DNA of 57,893 bases, filler included, from Sphacelaria rigidula (GCA_964200075.2; 8 parts of 8 records of this genome joined end to end with filler, not necessarily neighbours in it); one strand, 5' to 3'. Positions 23,595 to 37,022 are shown, counted from the first letter of the whole stretch. Notes: generated by a model from the letters alone, not told the origin. Numbers and translations are program-made.

Positions 23595-23617
23595 TACTGC
23601 TGTGTGTTCCTCAATCC

Positions 23618-26600
23618 TGTCACCCCTATGAAACTTTTATACCGGCACACGACAGTTTTGTATGCTCTGTAAGTCTATCGCACCCCTGGTCGACAACGAC
23701 ACCCCGGTGGGTCGATCGAGTTCGACGACGCAACATTTGAGATTTAGAACGGCTCCTCTCTCGCTACGTAAGATACTTTTCATGAACACGTCAATATTTA
23801 TCATATATATGTATGGAAATTATCCCGGGGAACCGGTAACTGAGTTTGACCCTGCAGCCAATTGCGTGCAGAGCCGGTATGTATGTGCGCTGTTTTCCTT
23901 CACTGGGATCAAGGGCAAGACGCAGCTTATCGTGCCATTGCTCCGCACTGAAACACATATTCCGGCGTGCTGCCATCAGTTCTGTCAACAAGCTGTGTGT
24001 TTTGTCGTCCGACGTATGATTCAAACGAGACTACACCTTGTCGGCATGATATGGCAAAACGAGAAAATCGCGTCTTCGCCGGGGCGATTACCTCCTGCTG
24101 TCTTTTGCCCAGTCCTTTCAACCGTGTAAAACTTTCAAACCGGTACGCAGAGGCTGTGTAAGACCTTTCTTAACTTTACTCGACAGTTTGTTATTATCTG
24201 AAACTGCCTCATACTCCTGGTCGACGACTCTGCAAGGTCTGTAAGCCTCCCGTAATCTCGGCCCGGATTCAACATATGTACCCTTGTGGGTATATGCGAT
24301 GCAGGCAGAGTGCGGGTATTACCCGGGAGGGGTGAAGATTTAAACTCAATCCCTATCTTTGTTCTGAAAACTCGCACTTGTTCCCCAACCTCCATCCATC
24401 TAACACCCCTTGGTATTCAACTCCGTACACCCTTCAAGATATTTTTTCCTGTTCGGGGAACAGACGGGTTACAGGGTACGAGTTGAAAGGGAAAGCGAAA
24501 CATGATAATTAACAGGTATCAGACCGACTGGGGGGCCTTCACCTGCGCCGCCATCGGTATCAATTTGCAGGGCATCGGTCTATGGTATCCAACCCTATCT
24601 CGTATTGGGGCCGGTTTGTTGCATACACGGGGTATCTTTACAGATATTCCCCCTATACGACAGTTCGGTGACTTCTGGAAAACTTTCATCCCCGTAACCG
24701 ACGGTTCTGTAGCTTCTCTTGGACTGTGGTTGGTCTCCCCGATTTTTCTAGTGAAATCTGTTAGGCTTTTGTTACCCAACTTGATAGCTCTATGACTTCA
24801 GTGTCAATTGTACACCCCTACTCGACAGGTCTTTGACTTCAGTAACGCTTTCCTTATCCCTAGACAGTTCTGTGACTTGTCCAAGACTGTCCTACCGGTC
24901 CACGACAGTTGCGTGACTATTGTGATCCACCATACGCTTCCAAGATACTTCTCTTCTTTCTGTACACACGGTTTAACCCTACACCCTTGTACAAATATCC
25001 GGGTGCGTGTTCTATTTTCTATGCAACCCTTTTTCATCACAAGACCACCAGTGGATTCTTTGTAAGCCTTCCATCCCTACCCGACAAGTTCCGTGGCCTC
25101 CGAGCGATTTTTATGGGTACTCCCTACTTCTGTATGATCCACGATAGGTCTCGTACCCTACCCAATGCACCTTAACGCTACAAAAACTCAAATTTATTCT
25201 CGGGGCTGTGAACAATCAGCTCTGTTCAGTTACGTCAACACTTGCCGCGCCAGTTGCCACTCCATCCACTTTTTCCATCTAATCGCCCCTCCCGACTGGT
25301 GGGGGTCCCGCTCAGGAGCGTCGCCCAAGTAAATCTTTTTCCCCGTGTTTGCCTTTTTTTCCCTGCGGTAACCGTAATTGGTTGTCAATAATGTAACCAC
25401 TCACTGCTAGCTGATACGAGCCTCGTACTGCTCTAACATGTCTTCAGGATGTAGTAGCGACTCGAACATCATTTCTCTACACCATCCAGCAGCAGACCCT
25501 CTTCTTTGAGACCTGGGGATCGGAACAAACATGCCACACCCTTGCAGTACCTTGGGCAATTGAAGAAATCAGGTTCTCACCGCAGCTTATTCGATAGAAC
25601 GCTTGTGTGTTTTGTGATCGCCCGTGACCGGATTTTGTTTTCTTCGGATGAGGTACATATCTGCTACATTACTTCGACGTATCGTGAGTATCTCCTGCTT
25701 CGTGTTCACATCGATCTTCATGCAATTGTGAATTGGGGTATGGAGTTCGGCACTTGAGCACCAAGCTTCCCACCATAACTGAGACCCACCTCTTCATTTC
25801 TTCGTTTATCTCATTCGACTGCCCAGCCGTCGACTGACCCGATGTCGGCGATAAAAAAAACTGCAGAACAACCGGGTACAACCGACGTTTGTGGGACCTG
25901 AACTGCTGTATTGTAGACTGCTGACTTCAACCCTACAGTGTAATCGTACACAGTATTTCTTTCTTATAAACTCCCCATCATTGAACTACTATAAAAATTA
26001 CTCGGTATAGACAAGCGGTGCAACACCTCCACATGAACTGGACAACTGGCGCTCTCGTACCCATTTTCAGTTGAACTTCAGTATTAGCAATGAAGATATA
26101 GAACTTTAACTGGCTCACTTCCCAGCCCATTTCTTCGATGCTTTCGGTGTACTTTCCCACCGGAGTTGGCGCCAACCATTCAAGCATACGGTTCGACACA
26201 CATCAGGAACGGGACGCTAGGAGGGGACCTCCCACCTTTTTTGTGATAATACACTCCTACATGCTAGACTTGCGTGTACAGAATGCCACACTTACGTGGA
26301 GGCCGTGGTTTCCTCAGTGCAGGTTCATCGAGAAGTATCCTGATAACCGAAGGCAACTTCTTATCCCACTTGCTTCCTTTTCAACCTACTTAACACCGTT
26401 GCTTTCAACACCTATTCGTCGCGCATTCGCTCACAGTGCAACTATCTTCCCTTCCATACTATTTTCTCGCTGAACTTTCCGCAACCGTCCCTTCGTCTTC
26501 CTCCTAACTCGTTCGGCATTGACAGGTGCTCCACCTGCAACACCCACATCTCTGTCTCGCAGGATACAAAACCAGTCCCGAAGGGCTCCAGAAAACAGCT

Positions 26601-27560
26601 GCCCTTCCTCTGCTTAGCGTGTGGCGGCGAGATCGGGGTCAGCACCCCGTACCACCGCAGGTCCGATCCTACCGGCGGTAAAGACAGGGTATACCCCCAC
26701 GCGGACAGCCGCGCGTGCGTAAAAATCCTCGTGAAAGCGGCCGAGGAGTGCATTCATACGTGATAGGAGTGTACAGCAACCCTGTCCCAAAAACCACTCT
26801 ATGATCTCTTGGCGGGGCATGGCGAACCAGCTTTCATAAGGTGCCACCTCTGTTTCTACGACACGCGTGCCACGCTCCTGTCTGATTTCCAACGGCACTC
26901 GTTGGAGGAGAAAGCGTCATATGCGTCAAGAAACGACGGTTCGACACCGCGCAAAGCACCGCGGCTCAGTGATAACTCCCTGTCTCCTCCCGGAAACCAA
27001 CCCGTCACGTCACCAACTAAGATCTCCCCTCCCCTCGAAAAGAAGAAAAACAGTACGACCCGACAAGGTAGCCGACCCACGGCCACCAGCAGTGGAGCTG
27101 GAAGCTAAACCGCCGCTGACGGTAAGTACCACAAGTGGCCATTCCTTGTCCCTGTTCAAGTCCCTCTCAACTATGTGTAGTCTTATTTTCATCCTGCCCT
27201 CTCACACCTTCAATGATTGCTCTCGCCGGTACCAGACTTTTCTTTGTTGATTTCTTCCAGCATGCCTCAGTGCAATCTTCAGCCTGCACGCTTGTTCACG
27301 CCTCTTCGTTCCTTTACCTTCCCCTTGTCTACCTTCTTAATACCGTGCTGCGTTCCAAAACCAGATGTCTACACTCGGGACGTGACGAACTTCGTCAGAT
27401 CCGACATCATCCACGTCAGCTTCCGTCAGTCTCTGTGACGTTTGAGCGGCGTCGTTTCTTCTCGTTTTGGGCTCCCGTTCTCTCGGTGTTGTGTAGTCTT
27501 ACAGTAACGTCGTCAAACCAACTTTTTTTTCCCAGCAGTTTTATATTGCCTTCGTTTTAA
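23618..27560 (-). mobile_element. Long non-coding, possibly LTR-derived (LARD-like) relic
   Basis: About 4 kb without exons or recognisable domains; candidate LTR end and PBS ...GTGGCA-AC-TGGCGCGGCAAG on the minus strand at 25241-25260; boundaries uncertain. Confidence 0.3.
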
Positions 27561-29109
27561 ACTGCTCCCGAGACATCACGGAAATATCTGCTTCTAGCGC
27601 CCCGGTGGTGTATTGATCCGACTGTTGCCATTGGGGGGGAGAGAACGGGGGTTCGATTCCCGATTGGTTGGGTTTTTTCTCCGTCATGTACAATTTCCAC
27701 CGCGGAAAACGGGAGTACGTGGGTAAATAATATTAGTCGACTGGGTTTGTGTGACGGGGGTTGACGCGGTGCGGAAGTGCTGACCCAATCCGCAAGAGCG
27801 AAACGAAAGGCGCGTACCGGGGGAGAGGTGAGTTGATCGCTCGAGACCACGAACTCATGCCCAGGAGAGGAGGGGGTTGATAGTGTTAGAGGAGGAAACA
27901 AAAGGGCAGGTAGATTTGAGGTTCTCAAACTGGATTAGCTCTGGGTAATTACACCGAACTAATGTTAGGGTGATCAACTCACTTGATGTTGATGCTGAGC
28001 CAAGTCAGTTGATGTTTCGTCGATGAAGCCATCACCTAATTTCCCTGAACCTGGGATATTTTTCAATATTATCAAGTCTTTTTCGGGATGGCTCTCGCTG
28101 CCTGCGACGTGTCGATTCCTGCGTATGCTGTTCCTACATGTACATGCAGCAGGGGGTGGTAATTTGGTCGTCCAGATCGCATGCCGGTAATTTGCTGGCT
28201 TGCAGTGTGTTCCTCGTTGCTCGATCGGTTTTGGCGGGGTGATTGTTTTCATGTACAGTGTTTTGTGCCAAGAAATCCTCTGTCGACTCTTGATTTTATG
28301 GTAATCGGTGGTGAGGTCCTTGCACCCCGTGACCACGGGTCGGAGATAAAAACTAATGTAGTGAAAGCATTGAACTAATGTGACGTGAGCTCTGAAAATC
28401 TAAGGTGATAATACCCCGCCGGTGGGAGTTGAGATGAAACGTGACCGTGCCATGTTTTTTGTGCTCGAATTACACCCGTGTCGTGCCTTTCCCGACTCCC
28501 CGTGAAACAAAAATAATCCTCAAAGGACGAGCACGGCGCCTAAACTAGTCGCGGTGCTATCAACAATACTTTTCACGAAACGAGCAGAACGTTTTGAAAA
28601 GCTGCTCAAACCATGACCCCATTATCTGCAGTACAGGGCAGTACACTCAAGGCAAAACAATTTTGCAGTGTTGTATGGACTACAGAGTACTACACTTGAA
28701 ACAAAACAATACAGCAGTTGTGCAGCATCACGAGAAATCACGCGCCGTTCTAATCGCGTTCCGCACGAGAAGGAGAAGAAGCAACAGCAGCAGTATCAGC
28801 AGCATCTTGACTGCCAGTAGATGTACGCGGCTGGGGGTGGGTCTAAATCAGCCGGTGCCGATTTGTGTGTGTGTCAGCGCTGTCCAGCACGGTGGCTATN
28901 NNNNNNNNNNNNNNNNNNNNNNNNNNNNNNNNNNNNNNNNNNNTTAATTAATTAANNNNNNNNNNNNNNNNNNNNNNNNNNNNNNNNNNNNNNNNNNNNT
29001 GACCACGCATCCCTTTCGAGACGGAGCACCGTTCCTACTCCTAATAGAGACACCTCCAACATTCTGGTGCTCATGGCCCTGGTGCCGTGATTTCCCGATG
29101 TAGGGTCCC

Positions 29110-30260
29110 TTGGAGTAGAGTATTTGAGATCATACTCAGTCTACTCGAAATTTGAGTAGAGTATTGAGTTCATACTCAAGTGATACTCTATACTCAAGTA
29201 TTACTGAGGGTGCTTACTCAATATTTGAGTAAAGTATTTTGAGACCATACTCATCCTACTCAAAATTTGAGGAGAGTATTGAGGTCATACTCAGGCGATA
29301 CTCTATACTCGAGTATTATTGAGAGTGCTCACTCAATATTTCAGTAGAGTATTTGAGGCCGTACTCGACCTACTCAAAATTTGAGTACGAGTACTGGATG
29401 CCGTACTCGACTTACTCAAAATTTGAGTGGAGTATCTGAGGCCGAATCCGATGTACCGAAAACCTATAACTTCAACTTCAATATTCAAGTTCGTACGTAA
29501 GATACTCAAACTCGGGTGGAGGAAATACCGAGGTATTCCTAGAGTTGCCTACACGTGATCAACTCTATGTGGCCAGTAGAGTCACTCATTTTGATAATAC
29601 CTACTCGACTACTCGTCTACTTGATTACTTGATGAGTAGCGCTCTGTACTGAAAGTGATATCGAAGGCCTTGCGAGGTATCGAGTATGAACTGCCGTGGG
29701 TGGGGGCTGGTGAGATGGGGCGCTGGGGCAGGTAGGTTCGTTCACCCTCACGCTTTTCTGTTTTTTTCATCGGTATCATTCGCTCATACCCCTTGTTGGC
29801 TGTGATGTAACGTCGCCCATGTAATTGATGGCCATCGTTCGCCCATGCATTCAGCATAGTCTGTGAAGCGACGTCACGAAGTCGCCGGCTGTCAGGGTAC
29901 TCACCATACCCAAGGGGTATTCTATATGCAAGGATCACTGACAGTGCTTACTCAATATTTCAGTGGAGTATTTGAGGTCGCACTCGATCTACTCAGAATT
30001 CGAGTGGGGTATTCGAGGTCGTACTCGACCTACTCAAAATCTGCCTAGACTATTGAGGCCATACTCAAGTAAAACGCTCTACTCAAGTATTATTGGGAGT
30101 GCTCTCCCAATATTTGAGTAGAGTAATTAAGGTTGTAATCAACCTACTCAAAATTTGAATCAAGTATTCGAGGTCGTACTCGATCTACTCAAACGTCGAG
30201 TAGAGTAAGTACTAGAGTATTTTCCTCGAGTACTCAAAAGTACAGACTCTTCTCGACTTA
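29110..30260. repeat. GAGTA/TACTC-rich palindromic repeat array in two blocks (about 37-40 bp units, about 115-bp higher order)
   Basis: Recurrent TACTCAAAATTTGAGTA and GAGTATTGAGGxCxTACTC at 29110-29450 and 29940-30240. Confidence 0.85.
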
Positions 30261-31188
30261 CTCTTCAAGTATTGATATCATATTGGAATGTATTGTATTG
30301 TCCAGAGTATTAGCAACACAGCACCGGTGACCACAGGGGTACCAAAAGGCGCACATTGACCCGCGTTTTCTGTCGTCGTAATGTCTAACGAAAATATATG
30401 ACATGCTGTAAAGGGGATGGGCGGCCCCGCACCGGTGACCAGATAGGTAACAAGAAGGCATATATACCAATTCGTCTCTTCTGCCACCATATTTTCTGAC
30501 CAGTTTATATTTATATTTCAATTCACTCATTTATCTTTTTCGCCGTTGAAGAGCCTTGGATGCAGGTGCACTTTTTTCACTTGGTTTTAGAGTACATTTT
30601 TTGGGGCCATTTCATCCTCCGTGAAGCTCTGAGAAGCCAGTATTGCCTCTTACTTGATTCTAGAGTACATCGAAGTACAGCGAAACGGGGTCATCGTTCT
30701 CTCAACCTCTGACACGTTTTCCGCTTCCATTCCGCTAGACATTTCGCTTCAGGTTGATTCGGGAGCATCGCTTTTATCGCTTTCCCGGCAGTGTTCTGCA
30801 TGGTGTTTTCATCCATCTCGTTTCGCTTTTTTCCCTCGCCGTCGAAGTAGACCCTTCGTTCGTCCACCTCACACCGCATACAGGCCTTCCAATCGCTCCG
30901 CCGTTCTTGGTCAGAATCCCAGAATGTTCACGGAAGCTCTGAGAACCGAGCATTTCCCCGTACTATAGTGAGTCGCGAACTTTCCCGGTGTACAGACCAA
31001 AGCACAGAACAGAACGTCTCTGCTATCATGAGTCGTGGACTTTCCCAGCGTCTCTGCCCGGTTCTCTCAACCTCTTACAAGGATTACTTTATTTCACAGT
31101 ATCACAGTACACGTTTTCCGCTTCCATTCCGCTAGACATTTCGCTTCAGGAGGTTTCAGGAGCATCGCTTTCCAGAGAGTGTTTTGCG

Positions 31189-31465
31189 TAGTATGATTTG
31201 TGTCCTGTTTTTTCAAGTGAAAGCGATCGCGATTCATGAGAGGACGTGACCTGGCAGTCAAACGGTCTCATCATCATCATCTGATGAATCGGCATCACTT
31301 TTGCTTGAAAAAATAGAACAAAAAAAACACTGCATAGTATGAGTTGTGTCCTGTTTTTTCAAGTGAAAGCGATCGCGATTCATGAGAGGACCTGACCTGG
31401 CAGTCAACCAGTCTCATCATTTGATGAATCGGTATCACTTTCACTTGAAAAAATAGAACAAAACA
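31189..31465. repeat. Tandem dimer of a hairpin unit, period about 146 bp
   Basis: Each unit: TTTTTTCAAGTGAAAG...GATTCAT...ATGAATCGG.ATCACTTT..CTTGAAAAAA. Confidence 0.85.
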
Positions 31466-32926
31466 AACCAGGATACCGGGACCCGAGTTTGAGATACCTC
31501 TATCGTGATGTGAGATTGAAAATGTCGATAGTCACTGCGGTTACGGGCGTTTTTGCGGTGCAATAGTGCTGGGCTCATGGTTGCAAACATTGGCGTGTGT
31601 CCGTCACAAGTCTTTGTGTCGTCGGGTGATTTGGCGGCGCAATAATATTTTGTCTGATGTTACGAGTTTCCCCGGGTGCGTGTTCGTCGACGGTGTACGA
31701 TGTTTCCTATTTGTTGCTGTGTGTGGAGAACGTGAATGCGTGTCTCCGTGTGTGTTCTTCGACGGTGGAGGTCGTCACCCGTTCCTGCAGGTGCGATTAT
31801 ACACCAATAAACCTCTTCTTCATATCCTGCCCCCGGGACATCTGTCACCATACGAGCTGGGCCAGCCTAAAGGCGGATTTGTAGTATGCACGCCCATTCG
31901 TCGGCCAATATTTTGAGTTGGACCCTGAAATTTGGTATTGAGAAAGTACAGGGCACAACAAAAAAATTACGATGTACCCATTTTTCTTTTTTTCATGAGT
32001 TGAGAACATTTTACTGTTACCTGAAAACTGACTATTGCCCTTGATTCATTAGAAGAAAAAAATCTTACGATATATGCGTAATTTTTTTCATGTGCTCTGT
32101 GCATTGTCCATACCAAATTTCAGGGGCCAACTCAAAATATTGGTCAACGAATGAGCGGTTCAGTATCGGGGTCGGTGGAAATTCGGAACAGTATTTTGCA
32201 GGCCACTTACCGGCCCACGTTTGGTGTTTCTGTATTGAAACTTTGCGTGAGACCTCGCTAGGGAATAATGAACCAAACAAATGGGTCAGGTTAGTACTTG
32301 TTTGTTTTTCACTGGTTTAGTAGGGCATTTTAGCGTGGGAACGACCATCTTTTCACGAGAACGTCCGAACCTCTCCCCTCCAAAAAAAAAGAAGGCCCAT
32401 TTTTTTTCATTCAGCATACCTCTGCGGTCCTTCATCCTAAGTTTCAAATCACAACTCTAAAAATTGATATTAACAATTGAGATGAGGCCGGAGAGCAGTG
32501 TTCATTTCTCAAAACTGCCCCAAAAACCCGAAAAAAATGAAAAAATAAAAAAATGAAAAATAAATGAATGAAAGAGCTGCGGTTTTAGCTTCATTATGCA
32601 CTAGCGGCTCTCCATATGAAATTTCATAGCACAACTCTCGAAAACTGAGACGCGATATCGATTTTAGTGTGGAGCCTTATGTGCGCCAAATCTCGAGATA
32701 GATGACGAATTAGGTGAACGTGAGGATATGTATAGTCTCCCAGCGCTCCGGGGAATGTCCAGACTGAAGGTCGTTGCCATCCGCTGATTGCATCGATGGG
32801 GGTTTCGTATGAATTTTAGTCGATGGGATATTGTTTTGAGAGCCTCAATCCGTTTCTAGGCTGGCCCAGCTCGTACGCACACAGCGGAAAATACTCCACT
32901 GAAAACTATGACCTGTGCCGTTACGC

Positions 32927-33010
32927 AATGCGAGCTACGATGACCGGTTCTCATGTACCTTGGCTGTCGATCTCATTGAGCGTGGCGGCGGAAGCCGCCG
33001 AACCCCTTGT
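32927..33010 (+). mobile_element. Helitron-like 3' terminus abutting (TA)n
   Basis: Hairpin GGCGGCGGAAGCCGCC (32984-32999) followed by GAACCCCTTGT and a TA run. Confidence 0.6.
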
Positions 33011-33508
33011 ATATATATATATATATATATACGAATTCGACAATTCTTCGTAGTAATGCACGCAAACTTCTGTGACTCCCTTCGAAGCTTTTCTCAATCT
33101 GCACGGGCTCCGGCATCCACCGCGTCTGATCTTTCTCAAAGCGTATACCATACTTATAGTATCTGATATATATATTACCGGCCGATACATTGGCACTCAC
33201 GCAGTCCCAATATATATTAACCGGTCAAACTGTTCTCACCAATTCGACCGTAACACATACTTGTCGTGCAATATGCCGTCGCCCACACTGCCCCAATATG
33301 TATTGATGGGACAATACGTGTTCAACCCCACTGTACCAATATACATTGGGCGGGCAATGTGTATGCAGTCCCACGACATCAGTATATATCGGGCGAGCAA
33401 TACGTGTGGAGTCCAAGGGTACCAACATGTATTACGCCTGCAATATGTCGTAAAAATCCAATATGATCGACTAATATATATTGAAAACATAACGTGTTGT
33501 GTAGGGTG

Positions 33509-33755
33509 TGAAATCGTTTGATGCCTTAGATATTAGGGAGAAAACGATGGTGATACCAGGAGATAGATGGTGTCCAGAGACGGCGAAACAGGATGGGGAT
33601 ATGATATGTCGAAGATTTTTGTGTAATGTACGGAAGAAACGTCATGGGCGCCGGAATGTTGGAGGTGTCTTTATTAGGAGTAGGAACGGTTCTCCAGCTC
33701 CGAAGGGATGCGTGGTCAGTGGCCAAACGACTAAGACTAGCAACAATTGAGTACG
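33509..33755 (+). mobile_element. Copy of the ATGAGTAC-ending retroposon 3' fragment
   Basis: KSFDALD..WCPETAKQDGDMICRRFLCNVRKKR; ends AGCAACAATTGAGTACGGCCC. Confidence 0.85.
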
Positions 33756-34249
33756 GCCCGCCCCCTCACTGGTGATGCGACTACGGCATGCAAGATCATG
33801 AATACTTCCCCCCGAAAGTGGATGCCGGCAATACGAGCGAGCAGACCTAGTCCAAACAGCACAGGACGTTCGCACCGTATACAATACGATGATGCGAACT
33901 TCTGTTCCGAAAAGGCGTCGGGAGCTTGACAACATATGCGATGCGGACAGAACAACATAGATCGGTGATGGACTGTCCCATTTTTAAGCCCAGTAAGGAT
34001 CGTATGCGTAGGCCCCCACGTTCACACGATACCTTGGTCGCGCAGTCGATCAGTATGAGGATATGGTATTTGATGTCCTTCAATCAACCCCCCTTGCGTT
34101 GAGGTTTTGATTTACACTCGAAAAAGGTGTCCCCGGAACCCCTGTGTGACGTCCAACATCTGCGCAGCGCAGATAATATATTATTCTGTCAACCCTGGAC
34201 TTTTCTTCTCGAATTTGTTCTATCCTTCGAAAACCTTATCTCACTCTTG

Positions 34250-35640
34250 ACCCGTGTCACTCACTCCATCGCGCCTTTGCTTCGCGGGCGGGCATGACAT
34301 GCATGCAGACTCTTTCGGCATTCGCGGACCGCAGCTTTTCCTACGAGATGCGGCCACCTACGACGATGTATTTTCTCAAGCAATGTGCAGGGATAGAAAA
34401 GGTGAGCACATGTATTACGAAGGAAAGGGAGATCTACATTTTTGTAACACTCCGATACGTGTCTCCGTTCGACTGCGGCAGATCGCAGAAGGCGGCTCGT
34501 GTCTTTCTTGAGAGAATGTGTGTGTATGCGTGTGTTTGCATGACTCGGCAGCATGTTTCCACTTGAGAAATACATTCGATTTAGTTCGTATCTGCTGCAT
34601 TCCGAGTCATCGTGTAAAGTGCATCCTTTGGGAAATCACGGAAGCGAGTTGTCCCCTTGAGGTAATATATCACAGTACTGAACGCCACAATTGGAAGGAT
34701 ACGGGTTGATACCCGTGCACACGATGACATCACACACACCATACAGGCTGATTCAGGTAAGACCGGAATCAATTCCCCAGCGATTGCTCACGCCGCTCTT
34801 TGGAGTAAGCCCCTGGGCTGTTGGAGGCGAATGCTCTGAAATATTCAGAAGGGCTGACTGCTGCCGAGATAGCCCCCCCCCGGAACCGGCCAAAAAGTGC
34901 ACGGAAGCGATCATCAGAAATGCTGTTAGATCTGGTTGCGTGCTGCACGGCGCGACTCATTTGGGCGTTATGGCTGATTTCGGACTTCTACACGCCTCTC
35001 GTGTGGGCGAAATTGTTGCAAATGAGCTCAATAGCGGGATTGCATCCGGTTTGTCGGACGGTCTCCGATACACTTTTTGTAGGGGGGCTATCTCGGCATT
35101 AGTCGGCTTCATGAATTGGGGTGTTTCGACCCCCTGCCGGGACCCCGGGTATCTGGCGAAAAAAAAAAAAGTCGAGACACCCCTTTTATACAAGCTTTCT
35201 TCATATTCCAGAGCATACGTCTGCAAATGTTCAGGGTCTAACTCCAAAGCACGGCGTGAGAACTTGGCCGTTTGTGCGTTGGAGTATACCAATGTACGCG
35301 GAACCCCCTAATGACTTGAATATAGTATGCTACCGACGTTTTTCTTGTGCGCTTGAGCTTAAATCGGCTGCCTGGGATCAGCTTCTCGAGTTGCGCGACG
35401 AACCTTGGTACAAGCATTCCTTGGGCTACGTCGGCACGACTCGGGACGAGCCAAATCTGTTTTTTGTTTGTTTGAAGCAACATGCACCAATTTCTGGGGA
35501 TTCTCACGCTGGGACCCCCGAAATCCGGTGAAGAGCGGATAAGCGTTGAAATACTCTTCAACGCATTGTTTTTTCCACGACTGTCCCCCATATCCACCAC
35601 CCTGCCGACTTTGAGGATGATCGGAGCTTTTTTACGAGAG
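34250..35640 (+). pseudogene. Possible decayed KDZ (Kyakuja/Dileera/Zisupton)-like transposase
   Basis: Cys-containing segment CRDRKGEHMYYEGKGDLHF, then WPFVRWSIPMYAE, K..EPNLFFVCLKQH, LGILTL..GEE..ILFNALFFPR; order resembles the KDZ pre-catalytic core; several frameshifts; recognised by eye only. Confidence 0.35.
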
Positions 35641-35685
35641 TTACAAGGGAAAACCTCAAGAGGCCTTCTGGATCTTCGATGCATG

Positions 35686-35687
35686 TA

Positions 35688-35751
<64 letters not shown>

Positions 35752-36148
35752 CCGTCACATTAGCTCGACATCTCGAACCCGTGGTCACAGATTGCAAGAA
35801 GCATACCATCCATACCCATAACCCAAACAACCCGCCGAAGAAGGCGAGAAACAAAACATTTACACGAAAAAAGACACTTCCTGACGCTCCCAGCTGTCCT
35901 CTCCAGCGTCCATGGCCAACCCAACCGCCCATCCTCTCCGGTGTCCATGACCCCCAAACAGTGCCCCCTCTGCTTCCTTTCGTGATGAAGCACTTCCTCC
36001 TTCGTTATGCACTCTGGTTCTGGTCTGTGATAAGTTTCTTGTCCAGGAGGCTCAACTAGACCTAACCTGTCCGTCGACGAACTCTCCTCCTCCATCCTTG
36101 TCGCCAAAACCAGTCTACACACCGGCACACGCTCCTTTGTATCAAGGG
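35686..36148 (-). mobile_element. Probable LINE 3' end with a (TAA)n tail
   Basis: (ATT)n of about 21 units at 35686-35749 terminating a degenerate segment truncated by the gap. Confidence 0.45.
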
Positions 36149-36309
36149 NNNNNNNNNNNNNNNNNNNNNNNNNNNNNNNNNNNNNNNNNNNNTTAATTAA
36201 TTAANNNNNNNNNNNNNNNNNNNNNNNNNNNNNNNNNNNNNNNNNNNNATCTTCTTATGACTATGGCATGCATGATCATGAGTACACCCCCCCCACCCAC
36301 CCACCCCAG

Positions 36310-36910
36310 TAAAAGACGTGATAGAAATAAGGGGATAAGGAGCGCCCAGACGCAAAGTAGACGAGGAAGAACACCTGAAGATAAACGGGGGTTGAGAGAG
36401 GGGATCGGGATGAAAACATATCTGCATGGCCTCATGGACGCAGCGAAAGAAATTATTCTGCGATTGCGGGTGGGGGACCTGGACCTGCCAGAAAGAACAA
36501 AGAGATTTACCAGTAGTCGTGTGGAGGAGGAAGTAGATGCACAGAACTGCCTCTGTGGCAAAGCAATGGAAAGCAGGACTCATATAGTTGCAGAATGTGA
36601 ATTACACAAGGAGAAACGGGACGTGCTAGGGAGGAAAATCCGGGACGTGAACGAAGGTGGCATGGAATTGTTTGACGCATTTGACGGTAAGCGAGAAAAC
36701 GATGGTTATACTAGAAGATAGATGGTGGCCATAGACGCGGGAACAGGACGGGGATAAGACATGTAAAATTTTCTGTACAATGTATGGAAGAAACGTAATG
36801 AGCGCCGGAATGTTGAAGGTGTCTCTATGAGGAGTAGGATCGGTGCTCCGTCTCGAAAGGGATGTGTGGTCAATGGTCAAACGACGAAGGCAAGCAACAA
36901 GTGAGTACGC
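36310..36910 (+). mobile_element. Non-LTR retrotransposon 3' end with a C-terminal CCHC finger (longest copy of the family)
   Basis: KTYLHG..ILRLRVGDLDLPER...CLCGKAMESRTHIVAEC; frameshifts and stops downstream; ends GCAACAAGTGAGTACGCCC; preceded by a C-rich tract. Confidence 0.85.
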
Positions 36911-36936
36911 CCTTGCATTGAAATCCGACGACTCAC

Positions 36937-37022
36937 CGAGGTTCCGGCCATGTCGGACAGCGCGGGCATCTCGTGGGTCAGCACCGCCGCCAATCCAAAG
37001 TCGGTGAGCAGGAGGTTGCCAT
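36937..37022 (-). CDS. Kinase-like gene exon: DFG and activation segment
   Basis: CAG acceptor, GTGAGT donor; 86 nt, phase 1 to 0; DGNLLLTDFGLAAVLTHEMPALSDMAGTS. Confidence 0.9.

Noticed and set aside
29110..30260. CRISPR array with palindromic repeats
   Set aside because: No unique spacers; units are degenerate and contiguous
35558..36059. Poly-Ile 'membrane' ORFs
   Set aside because: Translation of an (ATT)n microsatellite
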